Source: Actinomycetota bacterium (lineage in GTDB: Bacteria; Actinomycetota; Actinomycetes; S36-B12). From it: a DNA stretch of 64,000 nucleotides. This document shows, piece by piece, positions 54,506 through 63,758 of this stretch. A program made the position numbers and the translations under genes. The notes below the pieces were generated by a model. That model saw only the letters and a list, made by a program, of their open reading frames with translations, did not search any database and was not told where the DNA came from. Positions within the stretch are counted from its first letter, which is position 1, and every line of letters begins with the position of its first letter. Where the stretch lies: the NCBI GenBank assembly GCA_017857875.1, contig JAFMCH010000001.1:3745-67744 (forward strand), written 5' to 3'.

Positions 54506-54796
54506 TCAGACCTCGGCCGGGCGGGTGACCTTGGTACGAATCACCGCTTCATTCAGGTTAAGTTGACGATCGAGCTCGGCCACGGCTTCCGGGGTCGAGG
54601 TGACGTCGAGGACGGCATAGATGCCCTCAGACTTGTGGTTGATGTCATAGGCCAGCCGACGCCGACCCCACAGGTCCACCTTCGTCACAGTGCCACCGTC
54701 TTGGCGAACAACGTTCAAGAAGGCCTCAAGACTGGGCGCAACGGTGCGCTCTTCAAGCTCGGGGTCAAGAATGACCATTACTTCATATCGGCGCAT
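54506..54796 (-). CDS. rpsF: 30S ribosomal protein S6
   Basis: [16 protein letters not shown] start preceded by GGGAGG SD. The ORF-track start at 54943 is an over-extension. Confidence 0.9.
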   Translation of the reverse strand: MRRYEVMVILDPELEERTVAPSLEAFLNVVRQDGGTVTKVDLWGRRRLAYDINHKSEGIYAVLDVTSTPEAVAELDRQLNLNEAVIRTKVTRPAEV

Positions 54797-54902
54797 GAAA
54801 ACACCGACCTCCCTCGGACTCATTCGGCCCCGGACGATCCGGAGCAGGAGGTAAGGCTGATAACTCCAGCCTGACGCACGTGCGAGTGTAGCGGCTAGCC
54901 TC
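54797..54902 (-). promoter_or_regulatory. rpsF 5' leader with a candidate SD-sequestering helix
   Basis: On the mRNA strand, CCUCCU (54851-54846) can pair with the SD GGGAGG (54813-54808). The pair encloses a CCGGA-ucg-UCCGG hairpin. Confidence 0.3.
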
Positions 54903-55703
54903 ATGGTCGTGCGTATCGCCACCTGGAACGTCAATTCCGTCACCGCCCGCCTGCCCCGTGTGCTCGACTGGTTGAACTCCGCTCAGCCAGACGTCGTGGC
55001 CTTGCAGGAACTCAAAACCACGACCGAAGCGTTTCCGCACAATGCCATCGGCGAATTGGGCTATGAAACCCTCGCCCACGGCCAAGGACGCTGGAACGGC
55101 GTCGCCCTCGTGAGTCGGGTCGGCTTTGAGGATGTTGTTCGCGATCTACCCGGACAACCTGCTTATGACAACGCGGTGGAGGCCCGCGCAATTGGAGCCA
55201 CGTGCGGCGGGGTACGTGTGTGGAGTGTTTACGTACCCAATGGTCGTGAGCCCGATCATCCGCACTTCGCCTACAAGCTCAACTGGCTCCGCGCTCTTGA
55301 ACTCACCGTGCGATCTGAACTCGCCGCTCGTCCCGGTCTGCCCTATGCGGTGATTGGCGACTTCAACGTTGCCCCGACCGATGCCGATGTGTGGGATATC
55401 TCGGCATTTATTGACTCCACCCATGTCACGCAGGCCGAGCGAGCAGCACTCATGGCGGTGACCGACGCCGGGCTGGCCGAGGTGTATCCGCGCGCCCTCA
55501 AAGGTGAGCCGTACACCTTTTGGGACTATCGAAATGGTTCGTTCTACAAGGGCTTCGGTATGCGGATCGACCTGATCCTGGCCAACGAAAAGTTTCGTGA
55601 CCGTGTTCGAGATGCTTATGTTGACCGCGACGAACGCAAAGGAAAGCAGCCCAGCGATCATGCGCCAGTTGTGGTCGATCTTTCCGACGGATCATCTGCG
55701 TAG
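54903..55703 (+). CDS. xthA: Exodeoxyribonuclease III
   Basis: [12 protein letters not shown]-terminus, GDFNVAP and C-terminal [10 protein letters not shown] motifs. Confidence 0.9.
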   Translation: MVVRIATWNVNSVTARLPRVLDWLNSAQPDVVALQELKTTTEAFPHNAIGELGYETLAHGQGRWNGVALVSRVGFEDVVRDLPGQPAYDNAVEARAIGATCGGVRVWSVYVPNGREPDHPHFAYKLNWLRALELTVRSELAARPGLPYAVIGDFNVAPTDADVWDISAFIDSTHVTQAERAALMAVTDAGLAEVYPRALKGEPYTFWDYRNGSFYKGFGMRIDLILANEKFRDRVRDAYVDRDERKGKQPSDHAPVVVDLSDGSSA

Positions 55704-57118
55704 TCCGCCTCATCGGCCACATGCCTGGGCCAACGTGCACGAAGTGGGTGATCACCCGCACCATCGAGAACGCCACCGGCAGGATCATCCGCATCGCAAG
55801 GTATTCCATCGGTGCGAATCGGATCACACTCCGGATACAGCGAATCGCGGATGATGAGCGCACACAACCAGATGGTGACGCCAACCTGAACGAAGATGAA
55901 GAAGCCGTACCACTCCGGGGTCATACCCTTGGCGTCGTCGATTCCCGCACCGGCGAGGTACCACCAAATAGCTACGAAGTACGCCACCTGACCGGCCTGC
56001 CAAATCAAGAAATCTCGCCATCGAGGTCGAGCTAAGGCGGCAAGGGGCACCAACCACAACACAAATTGGGGCGAATAGACCTTATTGGTCACGACGAACG
56101 CCGCCACGACCAAGAACAGCATTCCGCCCAAACGTGGTCGTTGCGGGGCAAGCCAAATCAAGCAGGCAATCCCTCCGCACAGCACCAGAAACAGACCGGT
56201 GGCGATCAGATTCAACTGATCGGCCGGAATGCTGGGCATCCCCCACAAAGAAGCCGCATACCAAACGGATCCGAAATCCTGGCCGCGTGTGGAGGAGAAG
56301 TCGTAGAAGTAGAACCAGCCATCAAAGTTCGCGATGGCGAAGGGCAGGTTGATCGCCAACCATGTAACGATGGTGGCGATCGCCAGTCGCGTCCACGCCC
56401 GCATTCGCCCAGCCCGCAGACACAAGATGAGCAGGGGTCCCAGAAACAGAATCGGGTAAAACTTTGCCGACACCGCCAACCCCAGCAGGACCCCGGCTGC
56501 CACGGGCTGCTTCCGAGCCCACAGCATGATCGCTGCCGCGGCAAGTCCGATTGCGATGAGGTCCCAGTTGATCGTCGCAGCCAAAATCACAGATGGGGCA
56601 AGTGCGATCATCGCTGCATCCCACGGACGTGCCCGCATCGTGCGGGCCGTGGCCACTACGGCCAGCAGCAAGAAGGGGTAGAGCAACACAACATTGACCC
56701 CGAAAAAGGCCAATGGCGCGTTGAGGTCGGGCACCACCACACCGATGCCTTGGGTAATCCAAGCGGCCACCTGCATAAACAGCCCGATCAACACGGGGTA
56801 CTCCAGCGGCTGACCACCCGGGGGAGTCTCCAAATAGGGAAAGAACCCGTCGGCGAACCCGCGTAAAGAAAATAGCGGGGGGATATCGGAGTAACACAGG
56901 TGTTCGTAGCGGTCGGGTGATGCCCAACCATTCATCGTGCAGGGCACGTCGAGGAGAAAGCCCAACGAATACGCCAGGGCCGCCATCACGATCAGAATTC
57001 GGCCCGGCGTCCACCATGAACTAGCCGGTACCCGGGCAAATCGGCCGAGTGGTCCGCCAATAACCGCCGCTGCACCGCGAGCGACCGGATCAGCATGCGT
57101 GGGGGCCGCGCGGGACAT
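55658..57118 (-). CDS. Glycosyltransferase family 87 / DUF2029 polytopic membrane protein
   Basis: ATG 57118 lies 8 nt after the ponA stop. It is a highly hydrophobic multi-TM protein at the position of the Rv0051-like gene next to ponA in actinobacteria. Confidence 0.7.
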   Translation of the reverse strand: MSRAAPTHADPVARGAAAVIGGPLGRFARVPASSWWTPGRILIVMAALAYSLGFLLDVPCTMNGWASPDRYEHLCYSDIPPLFSLRGFADGFFPYLETPPGGQPLEYPVLIGLFMQVAAWITQGIGVVVPDLNAPLAFFGVNVVLLYPFLLLAVVATARTMRARPWDAAMIALAPSVILAATINWDLIAIGLAAAAIMLWARKQPVAAGVLLGLAVSAKFYPILFLGPLLILCLRAGRMRAWTRLAIATIVTWLAINLPFAIANFDGWFYFYDFSSTRGQDFGSVWYAASLWGMPSIPADQLNLIATGLFLVLCGGIACLIWLAPQRPRLGGMLFLVVAAFVVTNKVYSPQFVLWLVPLAALARPRWRDFLIWQAGQVAYFVAIWWYLAGAGIDDAKGMTPEWYGFFIFVQVGVTIWLCALIIRDSLYPECDPIRTDGIPCDADDPAGGVLDGAGDHPLRARWPRHVADEADYADDPSERSTTTGA

Positions 57119-57128
57119 GTTGGTCACG

Positions 57129-59276
57129 CTACTGCGGATCACCGATGATCCCGCTATCTGGATCTTCCCTTGGCGCAGTTGTGACCGGTCCGGGCATCGA
57201 CGCACTCGGGGTCGGCGGCGTGGGTGCGCCGGTATCGGTGCTGGCCTCGGGTGAAGGAGCGATCGATGACTGCTGGGGTGACGGTGACGAAATATCGGCG
57301 GGTGCGGTTGCTATGGAGCTGATTGACGGATCAGCCGAAGGATCAGCAGACGGATCGAGCGTGACTGAGGGCGTAGGAGTCACCGTTGGCACGGGTGCCG
57401 GTTGAACGAATCCTTCCACCGGATCATTGACGAGTGCTGCGGTCATGAAAGCTGACCAGATAGCAACCGGATACGATCCGCCACCCCACGCAGGGGAGCC
57501 ACCGCTGATGCCATCAAGGGGCACAGGGTTTCCCTCAGTATCCTCACGTGCCATCAAGACCGCCGCCGATATCTGTGGGGTATACCCGACAAACCACATC
57601 GATTTATTCTCGTTGCTCGTGCCAGTTTTTCCAGCGACTGGCCGGCCCACCACCTGCGCTCCCGTCGCGGTGCCGGTAAGCACAACCTGTTGTAGCGCAC
57701 TCGTCACGCCATCAGCCACGGCGCTGGAGATCACTTGATCGGGCAGACTTGATCGCTCGTATTGAACATCGCCATCGGCTGAAAGAACCTGCGTGATCGT
57801 GGACGGTACGACGCGCTGACCGCGCTGGGCGAAGGTGCCATAAGACGAAGCCATGTCGAGCCCGCTTGGTGACGCTGTACCCAAAACGAAAGTCAGGTCT
57901 AACGATTCAGGAGTACCACCAGGAGTACTCATCGGCAAGCCGATCCGATACGCAGTGTCGGCCACGGCATCTACGCCAATTTGCGCCTCAAGTGCAACAT
58001 ATGCGGTGTTGACACTGCGGGTTGTGGCAGTCATCAAGTCCACCGAACCAAATGATTCATCGCCGTAGTTGCGCACGGTGTAATCCTGCACACTGACCGG
58101 TGAGTCACCGTTGTACTGCGTCGTCATCTCAACGCCCTGCTCTAGTGCGGCAGCGAGAGCAAACGGTTTGAACGTTGAACCAGCCTGTGCGAAAGATCGG
58201 GTGGCGTTGTTGATGGGGCTGGAGACATAGTCGGGGCCGCCATACATAGCGATCACCTCACCAGTGCTCGGCCGCACCGCGGCTAAACCGATCCTCAATC
58301 CATCGGTGCCCTCGGTGGGGCCCACCGCCTTCACCGCGGCAACCGCCGCGGATTGCGCAGCCACCTCAAAGGTGCTGACGATGCGTAGTCCTGCGGCTTC
58401 GATCTCCGTTGCCGAATACCCCAGCAAGCCCAGATCAGCCTTCACCGCTTCCAAGAGGTAACCCACCTGGCCACCAAGTCGATTGGAGGTTCGCGGCGCA
58501 ATCGTGTCGGGAAAAGCTGCTTGCTCGCGTTGTGCTGGAGTAATCCAGCCCTGCTCGGCCATCGCATCCAGTACGTAGGCCCAACGCGCTCGAGAAAGTT
58601 TCGTCTCGACCGCGGGATCCAACACACTAGGCGCCTTGATGACGGCACCCAAGAGTGCTGCCTGCTGGTAGTCCAGCGCTGATACAGAGGTGCCAAAGTA
58701 GGCCATTGAGGCCGCCTCGACCCCGTAGGCCCCACGACCAAAATAGATCGTATTGAGATAGTCGCGCAGAATCTCATCCTTAGAGGTCATCGTCTCGAGC
58801 TTGACGCTCAGCACCAGTTCACGCGCCTTGCGTAGCCAGGAACGATCAGAAGTGAGATAGGCGTTTTTGGCGTACTGCTGGGTGATCGTGGATGCCCCCT
58901 GTACCGCCTCGCCTCGCGCGTTGTTAATCAGGGCACGGCCAATCCCTACTGGCGATACCCCGCTGTGGTTGTAGAAGTCCCGATCTTCAGCCGCCAATAC
59001 CGCGAAGCGGACCTCGGTTGGGATTTGCTCCATCGAAACACTCCGGCGAGTGGCTTCGCCAAGGCGACCGATCTCGGTGACGCCGTCGGCGTAGTAGACA
59101 ACTGTCGCCTCATTGGCCGCGATGTCGTTGGGGTCAGGAAGCGGTGTAAGAGCCACCGCAAGCGCAAAACCTCCCACCACGAGTAAACCCAAAGCCAACA
59201 CGGTGCCGAACAGCCGACGTCCGAGCCGACGTCGGGGCCGACGTCGGGGCCGTTCGGTGCGACGGGCCTTGCTCAT
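57129..59276 (-). CDS. ponA: Class A penicillin-binding protein (transglycosylase/transpeptidase)
   Basis: ATG 59276 is preceded by GAAGGA. GT51 motifs AAEDRDFYNHSG and RKARE; TPase motifs STFKP, SVN and KTGTS. The C-terminal tail is Pro/Ser/Thr/Asp-rich. Confidence 0.9.
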   Translation of the reverse strand: MSKARRTERPRRRPRRRLGRRLFGTVLALGLLVVGGFALAVALTPLPDPNDIAANEATVVYYADGVTEIGRLGEATRRSVSMEQIPTEVRFAVLAAEDRDFYNHSGVSPVGIGRALINNARGEAVQGASTITQQYAKNAYLTSDRSWLRKARELVLSVKLETMTSKDEILRDYLNTIYFGRGAYGVEAASMAYFGTSVSALDYQQAALLGAVIKAPSVLDPAVETKLSRARWAYVLDAMAEQGWITPAQREQAAFPDTIAPRTSNRLGGQVGYLLEAVKADLGLLGYSATEIEAAGLRIVSTFEVAAQSAAVAAVKAVGPTEGTDGLRIGLAAVRPSTGEVIAMYGGPDYVSSPINNATRSFAQAGSTFKPFALAAALEQGVEMTTQYNGDSPVSVQDYTVRNYGDESFGSVDLMTATTRSVNTAYVALEAQIGVDAVADTAYRIGLPMSTPGGTPESLDLTFVLGTASPSGLDMASSYGTFAQRGQRVVPSTITQVLSADGDVQYERSSLPDQVISSAVADGVTSALQQVVLTGTATGAQVVGRPVAGKTGTSNENKSMWFVGYTPQISAAVLMAREDTEGNPVPLDGISGGSPAWGGGSYPVAIWSAFMTAALVNDPVEGFVQPAPVPTVTPTPSVTLDPSADPSADPSISSIATAPADISSPSPQQSSIAPSPEASTDTGAPTPPTPSASMPGPVTTAPREDPDSGIIGDPQ

Positions 59277-59394
59277 CCGGGTTCCTTCATAGCCCACCAA
59301 TAATCACTTGCGTCACACCCGCACCACGGATGGGCGCGCCGATGACCATGAATTCATCACCGTTGCGGCCAGGAGAACCGCTAGCGTCCGGGCT

Positions 59395-61044
59395 ATGTCT
59401 GCGCCCAGTAGCACCGAATCAGCATCTGGAGTCGAGAAGAAACCCTGGCTGGCCCTTGTCGCCCTACTTCTTGGCGTATCGCTGATCGTCCTTGAAGGCA
59501 GCATCGTCAATGTCCTTATTCCTACGATCGTGCAGGACCTGAGCATCGGCCGTACCGATGTGCTGTGGGTCGGCTCGATTTATTCACTGGTCTTCGCCGC
59601 GCTACTGATCACCTTCGGCGTGCTATCTGACCGAATCGGACGCCGACGCATGTTCATGCTCGGTACCACGATTTTCATCGGGTTCAATCTGTTGGCCGGA
59701 GCGTCGACCAGCGCCAACATGTTGATCCTTGCGCGCGCAGGGGAAGCCGTCGGCGGAGCCATGATGCTGCCCACATCGATGGCCATCATCAACGTCAATT
59801 TCCGCGGTCCCATGCGTGCGGCCGCCTTCGGTTTATGGGGTGCCGTCTTTGGTGGCATGGCGGCGTTCGGCCCGTTGTTGGGCGGATGGCTCACCGATGT
59901 CGCTTCGTGGCGCTGGGCGTTCTACATCAACATTCCCTTGGGCATCCTCAGCTTGATCATGGTGCGGGCCTTCGTCACCGAATCAAAAGGAGCCGACCGC
60001 AAATCACTTGACTGGTCGGGTGTGGTGTTGTCCTCGGTGGGCTTGGGCCTAGTGGTCTTTGGCTTGATCGAGGGTCAATCGGTGGGTTGGTGGACAGCCA
60101 TTACCAACTGGGATCTTGGGCCCTGGCAAGTGCAGCCGGGTGATCTGTCCCCGGTGCCGATCACGATCGTGCTCGGCACGCTGCTGCTCGTGTTATTTGT
60201 GGTGCTGCAAAGCACCCGCGCCAGAGCGAATAAGCCCGTACTCATAGACCTCAGTTTGTTTCGAATTCGACGTTATGGCTTCGGCAACGTGGTGGCAACG
60301 CTGGTGTCCTTGGGTGAGTTCGGTGTGCTCTTCGCGATTCCACTCTGGGCCCAGTCTGTGCACGGCCTGTCACCGCTAGAGACCGGCGCACTCTTGGCGG
60401 TGCTTGGCCTCGGCGTTGTATTGGCCGGCGGTGGGGCCCGTCATGCGGCGGCGGCCATCGGTTCGACTCGGTTGGTTCGCATCGGCATGGTGTTAGAGAT
60501 CATCGGTATCGCCGGGGTTGCCTTGCTCATCAGTTCCGATAATTCCCCCTGGTGGTTGGCCATACCCTTCGTGATTTACGGCGTCGGCGTAGGCTTCGAC
60601 ACCGCTCAACTGACCAACGTGATCCTGGCGGACGTACCAGCGGCTAAATCAGGCGGCGCGTCCTCAGTGACCTCAACCCTTCGCCAGGTGGGGTCGACCC
60701 TTGGCGGCGCACTGCTGGGCACGGTTCTGTTCGTCTCACTGGGTGCATCTCTGGCCGACAACCTGGAAGCCAATCAACCGCAGTTGAGTCAAGCTGACCA
60801 AACGAAGATTGTCGACGAGGTCGTGGATACCTCAGGCGAGGCGATCCAAGGTCTGGCCCAGGACCCCAAGACGGCGGACATCGCCCAAGAAGCGAAGGAC
60901 GCCTATACGACGGCTGTCCGGGTGATGGCGGGGGTTGCCGGCTTCGCGGTGCTGATCGGGCTCATCTCCTCCTTCGGGCTCCCACCGGATCAGCGCGCAG
61001 GGCGGGGCTCAACGCGACGCAAAGAGCCCGCTCCCACGAACTAA
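59395..61044 (+). CDS. MFS transporter, DHA2 (14-TMS, EmrB/QacA-like) type
   Basis: Motif A GVLSDRIGRRRMF and about 14 hydrophobic segments. The start is ATG 59395 or TTG 59308. Confidence 0.8.
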   Translation: MSAPSSTESASGVEKKPWLALVALLLGVSLIVLEGSIVNVLIPTIVQDLSIGRTDVLWVGSIYSLVFAALLITFGVLSDRIGRRRMFMLGTTIFIGFNLLAGASTSANMLILARAGEAVGGAMMLPTSMAIINVNFRGPMRAAAFGLWGAVFGGMAAFGPLLGGWLTDVASWRWAFYINIPLGILSLIMVRAFVTESKGADRKSLDWSGVVLSSVGLGLVVFGLIEGQSVGWWTAITNWDLGPWQVQPGDLSPVPITIVLGTLLLVLFVVLQSTRARANKPVLIDLSLFRIRRYGFGNVVATLVSLGEFGVLFAIPLWAQSVHGLSPLETGALLAVLGLGVVLAGGGARHAAAAIGSTRLVRIGMVLEIIGIAGVALLISSDNSPWWLAIPFVIYGVGVGFDTAQLTNVILADVPAAKSGGASSVTSTLRQVGSTLGGALLGTVLFVSLGASLADNLEANQPQLSQADQTKIVDEVVDTSGEAIQGLAQDPKTADIAQEAKDAYTTAVRVMAGVAGFAVLIGLISSFGLPPDQRAGRGSTRRKEPAPTN

Positions 61045-61070
61045 CGATCCAGCCGTGGCTGACCAGACAT

Positions 61071-61082
61071 TTGATATATCGA
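61071..61082. promoter_or_regulatory. Candidate operator TTGATATATCGA upstream of the cadI-like gene
   Basis: This 12-mer is identical to 62048-62059. Its core GATATATC is a palindrome, and it overlaps a second 10-bp palindrome, ATATCGATAT (61076-61085). Confidence 0.5.
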
Positions 61083-61124
61083 TATTTTTCGATGTATGCT
61101 CGGATGCCTACCGAGGAGTGTGTG

Positions 61125-61559
61125 ATGTCACGGATTCAATTAGCCCTCAATGTTGCTGATCTTGACGCGTCCATCGATTTCTATCGAACGATGTTCGATA
61201 CGGAACCACACAAGGTGCGTGCTGGCTACGCCAACTTCGAAATCACCGAGCCACCCTTGAAGTTGGTACTGATCGAGGTGCCAGCCCATGATCGCGGACA
61301 CGGTGTCAGCGGTGCCCTCAACCACCTTGGAATCGAGGAATCAGTGTCACAATCCGTTGCCCAGCACGCGGATCGTCTTCAAGCCACTGGCCTGATCGAT
61401 AGTGCGGAAACCGATGCGGTGTGCTGCTATGCGACACAGGACAAGATCTGGCTACACGACCCGGCTGGGGTGCCATGGGAGTACTACGCGATCACCGACG
61501 ATGCACCCGCAACCATCGAACCGATGCGCATCAATCAAGAAGATCGCGCGGACGCCTAG
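61125..61559 (+). CDS. cadI: ArsI/CadI family VOC (glyoxalase-fold) metalloenzyme
   Basis: ATG 61125 is preceded by AGGAG. MSRIQLALNVADLDASIDFY N-terminus, NHLGIE, and the vicinal Cys pair in VCCYATQDKIWLHDPAGVPWEYY. Confidence 0.65.
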   Translation: MSRIQLALNVADLDASIDFYRTMFDTEPHKVRAGYANFEITEPPLKLVLIEVPAHDRGHGVSGALNHLGIEESVSQSVAQHADRLQATGLIDSAETDAVCCYATQDKIWLHDPAGVPWEYYAITDDAPATIEPMRINQEDRADA

Positions 61560-61980
61560 GAGCTTTGCGCGTGACTCCGTCGCCGAGAAAATACGACGTC
61601 AGTAGATGGTTCCAGCGGCAATCAGGGCACACCTCCACGACATAGACCCGAAACTCCCCGGTCTTGACGGCCAATTCGGCCAGCCTGCGGGGATGGACCG
61701 CGGCTCCAGACACGTGGCCTAGTTGCTCTCCGTAAATGTAGGTCACCTGCGACAGGGCGTCGGCACGACAAATGGGGCAGGAATCCTCGGCGACCACCCC
61801 ATGAAATCGCGCCGCCTTGATCAGATACGGATCGGCATCACAAACATCGACCCCATCAAAGGGCCGCCCCCGCAAGAGTGAACGAAGCACGCTGCGTCGC
61901 TGCAGGCCGTAATTGATCACCGACCGCGGTTGCGTGGGATCGGCGATGACCTGAATCGGTTGCTGACCCACGCCCAGCAT
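61531..61980 (-). CDS. DUF5318-like conserved actinobacterial protein (Cys4 zinc-ribbon-like)
   Basis: INYGLQRRSVL N-terminal block, then CPIC ... CPDC pairs. It sits between ponA and PadR-ino1, as Rv0049 does. Confidence 0.65.
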   Translation of the reverse strand: MLGVGQQPIQVIADPTQPRSVINYGLQRRSVLRSLLRGRPFDGVDVCDADPYLIKAARFHGVVAEDSCPICRADALSQVTYIYGEQLGHVSGAAVHPRRLAELAVKTGEFRVYVVEVCPDCRWNHLLTSYFLGDGVTRKAPRRPRDLLD

Positions 61981-62021
61981 TCTACTTTGCGGCGCCGAGG
62001 GCCCCGCCTGACGTATCAGCC

Positions 62022-62059
62022 CGATATATCTGGTTAACTATGTTGAGTTGATATATCGA
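62022..62059. promoter_or_regulatory. Inverted pair CGATATATC-N19-GATATATCG in the divergent DUF5318/PadR promoter region
   Basis: 62022-62030 is the exact reverse complement of 62050-62058. The right half-site with its flanks equals the 12-mer at 61071-61082. Confidence 0.5.
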
Positions 62060-62105
62060 AACTTTGTGATGGCGGAGTAGCGCCGTGTTAAGCGAGGGAG
62101 GGTAG

Positions 62106-62663
62106 ATGCGCAGTCGCGCCGAGGTCCTGGAGTTTTCGATTCTCGGTCTCCTGCACGATTCCCCTCTCCACGGTTATGAGCTCCGCAAACGACTCACCGG
62201 CGTTCTCGGGCCTTTTCGCGCCATTTCATACGGCTCTTTGTATCCGGCCTTGAAGGATCTTCAGGCACGCGATCTGATCATCCAGGCCGCCCCGGACCCC
62301 CAGCCCGTGCTCACCACCAAGCGAGCCAGGATCGTCTATGAACTCACCGGCGAGGGCAAGGAATACTTCGACCAGCTAGTCGCCGCCCCCGGCCCTGACT
62401 CGTGGGAGGACGAACCCTTCGCCGCCCACCTAGCATTTTTTCAACGCACGCCCGCCGACGTACGCATGCGTATTTTGGAAGGCCGCAGGTCGCGCCTTGA
62501 ACAACGACTCGCCACTCTGCGGGATTCCTTTACGCGCGCGGGCGAGCGGATGGACGCATACACCGAACGTTTACAGCAGCACGGGCTCGACAGCGTGGAA
62601 CGTGAAGTGCGCTGGCTCGACGAACTCATTGACGGCGAGAACCGGCCTGACAACAGGCCATAA
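62106..62663 (+). CDS. PadR family transcriptional regulator
   Basis: GAGGGAGG SD. Winged-HTH FSILGLLHDSPLHGYELRKRL...ISYGSLYPALKDLQARDLI followed by a long C-terminal helical domain. Confidence 0.85.
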   Translation: MRSRAEVLEFSILGLLHDSPLHGYELRKRLTGVLGPFRAISYGSLYPALKDLQARDLIIQAAPDPQPVLTTKRARIVYELTGEGKEYFDQLVAAPGPDSWEDEPFAAHLAFFQRTPADVRMRILEGRRSRLEQRLATLRDSFTRAGERMDAYTERLQQHGLDSVEREVRWLDELIDGENRPDNRP

Positions 62664-62675
62664 CGAAAGGGAAAG

Positions 62676-63758
62676 ATGATGGGATCCGTACGCGTGGCCG
62701 TCGTTGGAGTCGGCAACTGTGCAGCGTCACTCGTTCAAGGCGTGCACTACTACGCCGATGCCACACCCGGCCAACGGGTGCCTGGCTTGATGCACGTCCA
62801 GTTTGGCGATTACCACGTCAGTGATGTTGAGTTTGTCGCCGCCTTCGACGTTGATGCAAAGAAGGTCGGCACCGATCTGGCCGACGCTATCGGCGCCAGT
62901 GAGAACAACACCATCAAGATCTGCGATGTACCTCCTATGAACCTCACGGTGCAGCGCGGTGTCACTCTCGATGGCCTGGGTAAGTACTACCGCGAAACCA
63001 TCACCGAATCCGACGCTGAACCCGTGGACATTGTCGCCGCACTCAAGGCAGTCAACGCCGAGGTCGTCGTGTGTTACTTGCCGGTCGGTTCCGAAGACGC
63101 GGCAAAGTTCTACGCACAGTGCGCCATCGATGCCGGCTGTGCGTTCGTAAACGCGCTGCCGGTCTTCATTGCCGGTACCCCAGAATGGGCCCAGAAGTTC
63201 GTTGACGCTGGTCTGCCCATCGTGGGCGATGACATCAAGTCGCAGGTGGGAGCCACCATCACGCACCGTGTCTTGACGAAACTCTTCGAAGATCGCGGCG
63301 TGGAGGTGCAGCGCACCTATCAACTCAACGTGGGCGGCAACATGGACTTCATGAACATGCTTGAGCGTGATCGGTTGGAATCAAAGAAGATCTCCAAGAC
63401 CCAGTCCGTTACCTCGCAGATAGACCGTGAAATCCCCGCTCGCGATATTCACATCGGGCCGAGTGACTACGTGGCCTGGCTCGATGACCGCAAGTGGGCC
63501 TTCGTACGACTGGAGGGCAAAGCTTTCGGCGATGTTCCCCTCAACCTTGAATACAAGCTCGAGGTGTGGGATTCACCCAACTCAGCCGGCGTGATTATCG
63601 ATGCGATTAGGGCGGCAAAAATCGCACTTGACCGCGGTATCGGTGGCCCGCTGCTGAGCGCCTCGTCCTACTTTATGAAGTCCCCACCCGAGCAGTACGC
63701 CGATGACGTGTGCCGCCAGCGTGTGGAGGAATTCATTGCCGGGACCGTCGAGCGGTAA
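62676..63758 (+). CDS. ino1: Inositol-3-phosphate synthase (myo-inositol-1-phosphate synthase)
   Basis: [23 protein letters not shown]-terminus, 360 aa, directly downstream of PadR as in mycobacterial ino1. Confidence 0.9.
   Translation: MMGSVRVAVVGVGNCAASLVQGVHYYADATPGQRVPGLMHVQFGDYHVSDVEFVAAFDVDAKKVGTDLADAIGASENNTIKICDVPPMNLTVQRGVTLDGLGKYYRETITESDAEPVDIVAALKAVNAEVVVCYLPVGSEDAAKFYAQCAIDAGCAFVNALPVFIAGTPEWAQKFVDAGLPIVGDDIKSQVGATITHRVLTKLFEDRGVEVQRTYQLNVGGNMDFMNMLERDRLESKKISKTQSVTSQIDREIPARDIHIGPSDYVAWLDDRKWAFVRLEGKAFGDVPLNLEYKLEVWDSPNSAGVIIDAIRAAKIALDRGIGGPLLSASSYFMKSPPEQYADDVCRQRVEEFIAGTVER

Noticed and set aside
54797-54943. N-terminal extension of rpsF in the ORF track (and the analogous extension of rplI, 53697-53795)
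   Set aside because: The canonical S6 and L9 N-termini ([16 protein letters not shown]) lie downstream with strong SDs. The extensions would run into the xthA start region or into rpsR.
55658-55703. Convergent coding overlaps: xthA/GT87 46 nt, amidase/crotonase 35 nt, cadI-like/DUF5318 29 nt, CPVC protein/SMP-30-like 26 nt, amidase/DUF2848 11 nt
   Set aside because: These are compatible with ordinary genome compaction in high-GC actinobacteria. I could not show any structure or conservation suggesting regulation, so I did not raise this as a finding.
56066-56866. 266-aa plus-strand ORF inside the GT87 membrane-protein gene (other antisense ORFs also at 56322-57017 and 35905-36609)
   Set aside because: The translations are extremely Arg/Gln/Gly/Pro-rich. 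The opposite strand encodes coherent hydrophobic TM segments or an SBP.
57129-57420. Repetitive DNA (GGATCAGC-type 12-nt periodicity, giving DPSADPSADPS) at the 3' end of ponA
   Set aside because: It encodes a low-complexity Pro/Ser/Thr/Asp tail of the kind common in actinobacterial class A PBPs. It is not a CRISPR array or a mobile repeat.
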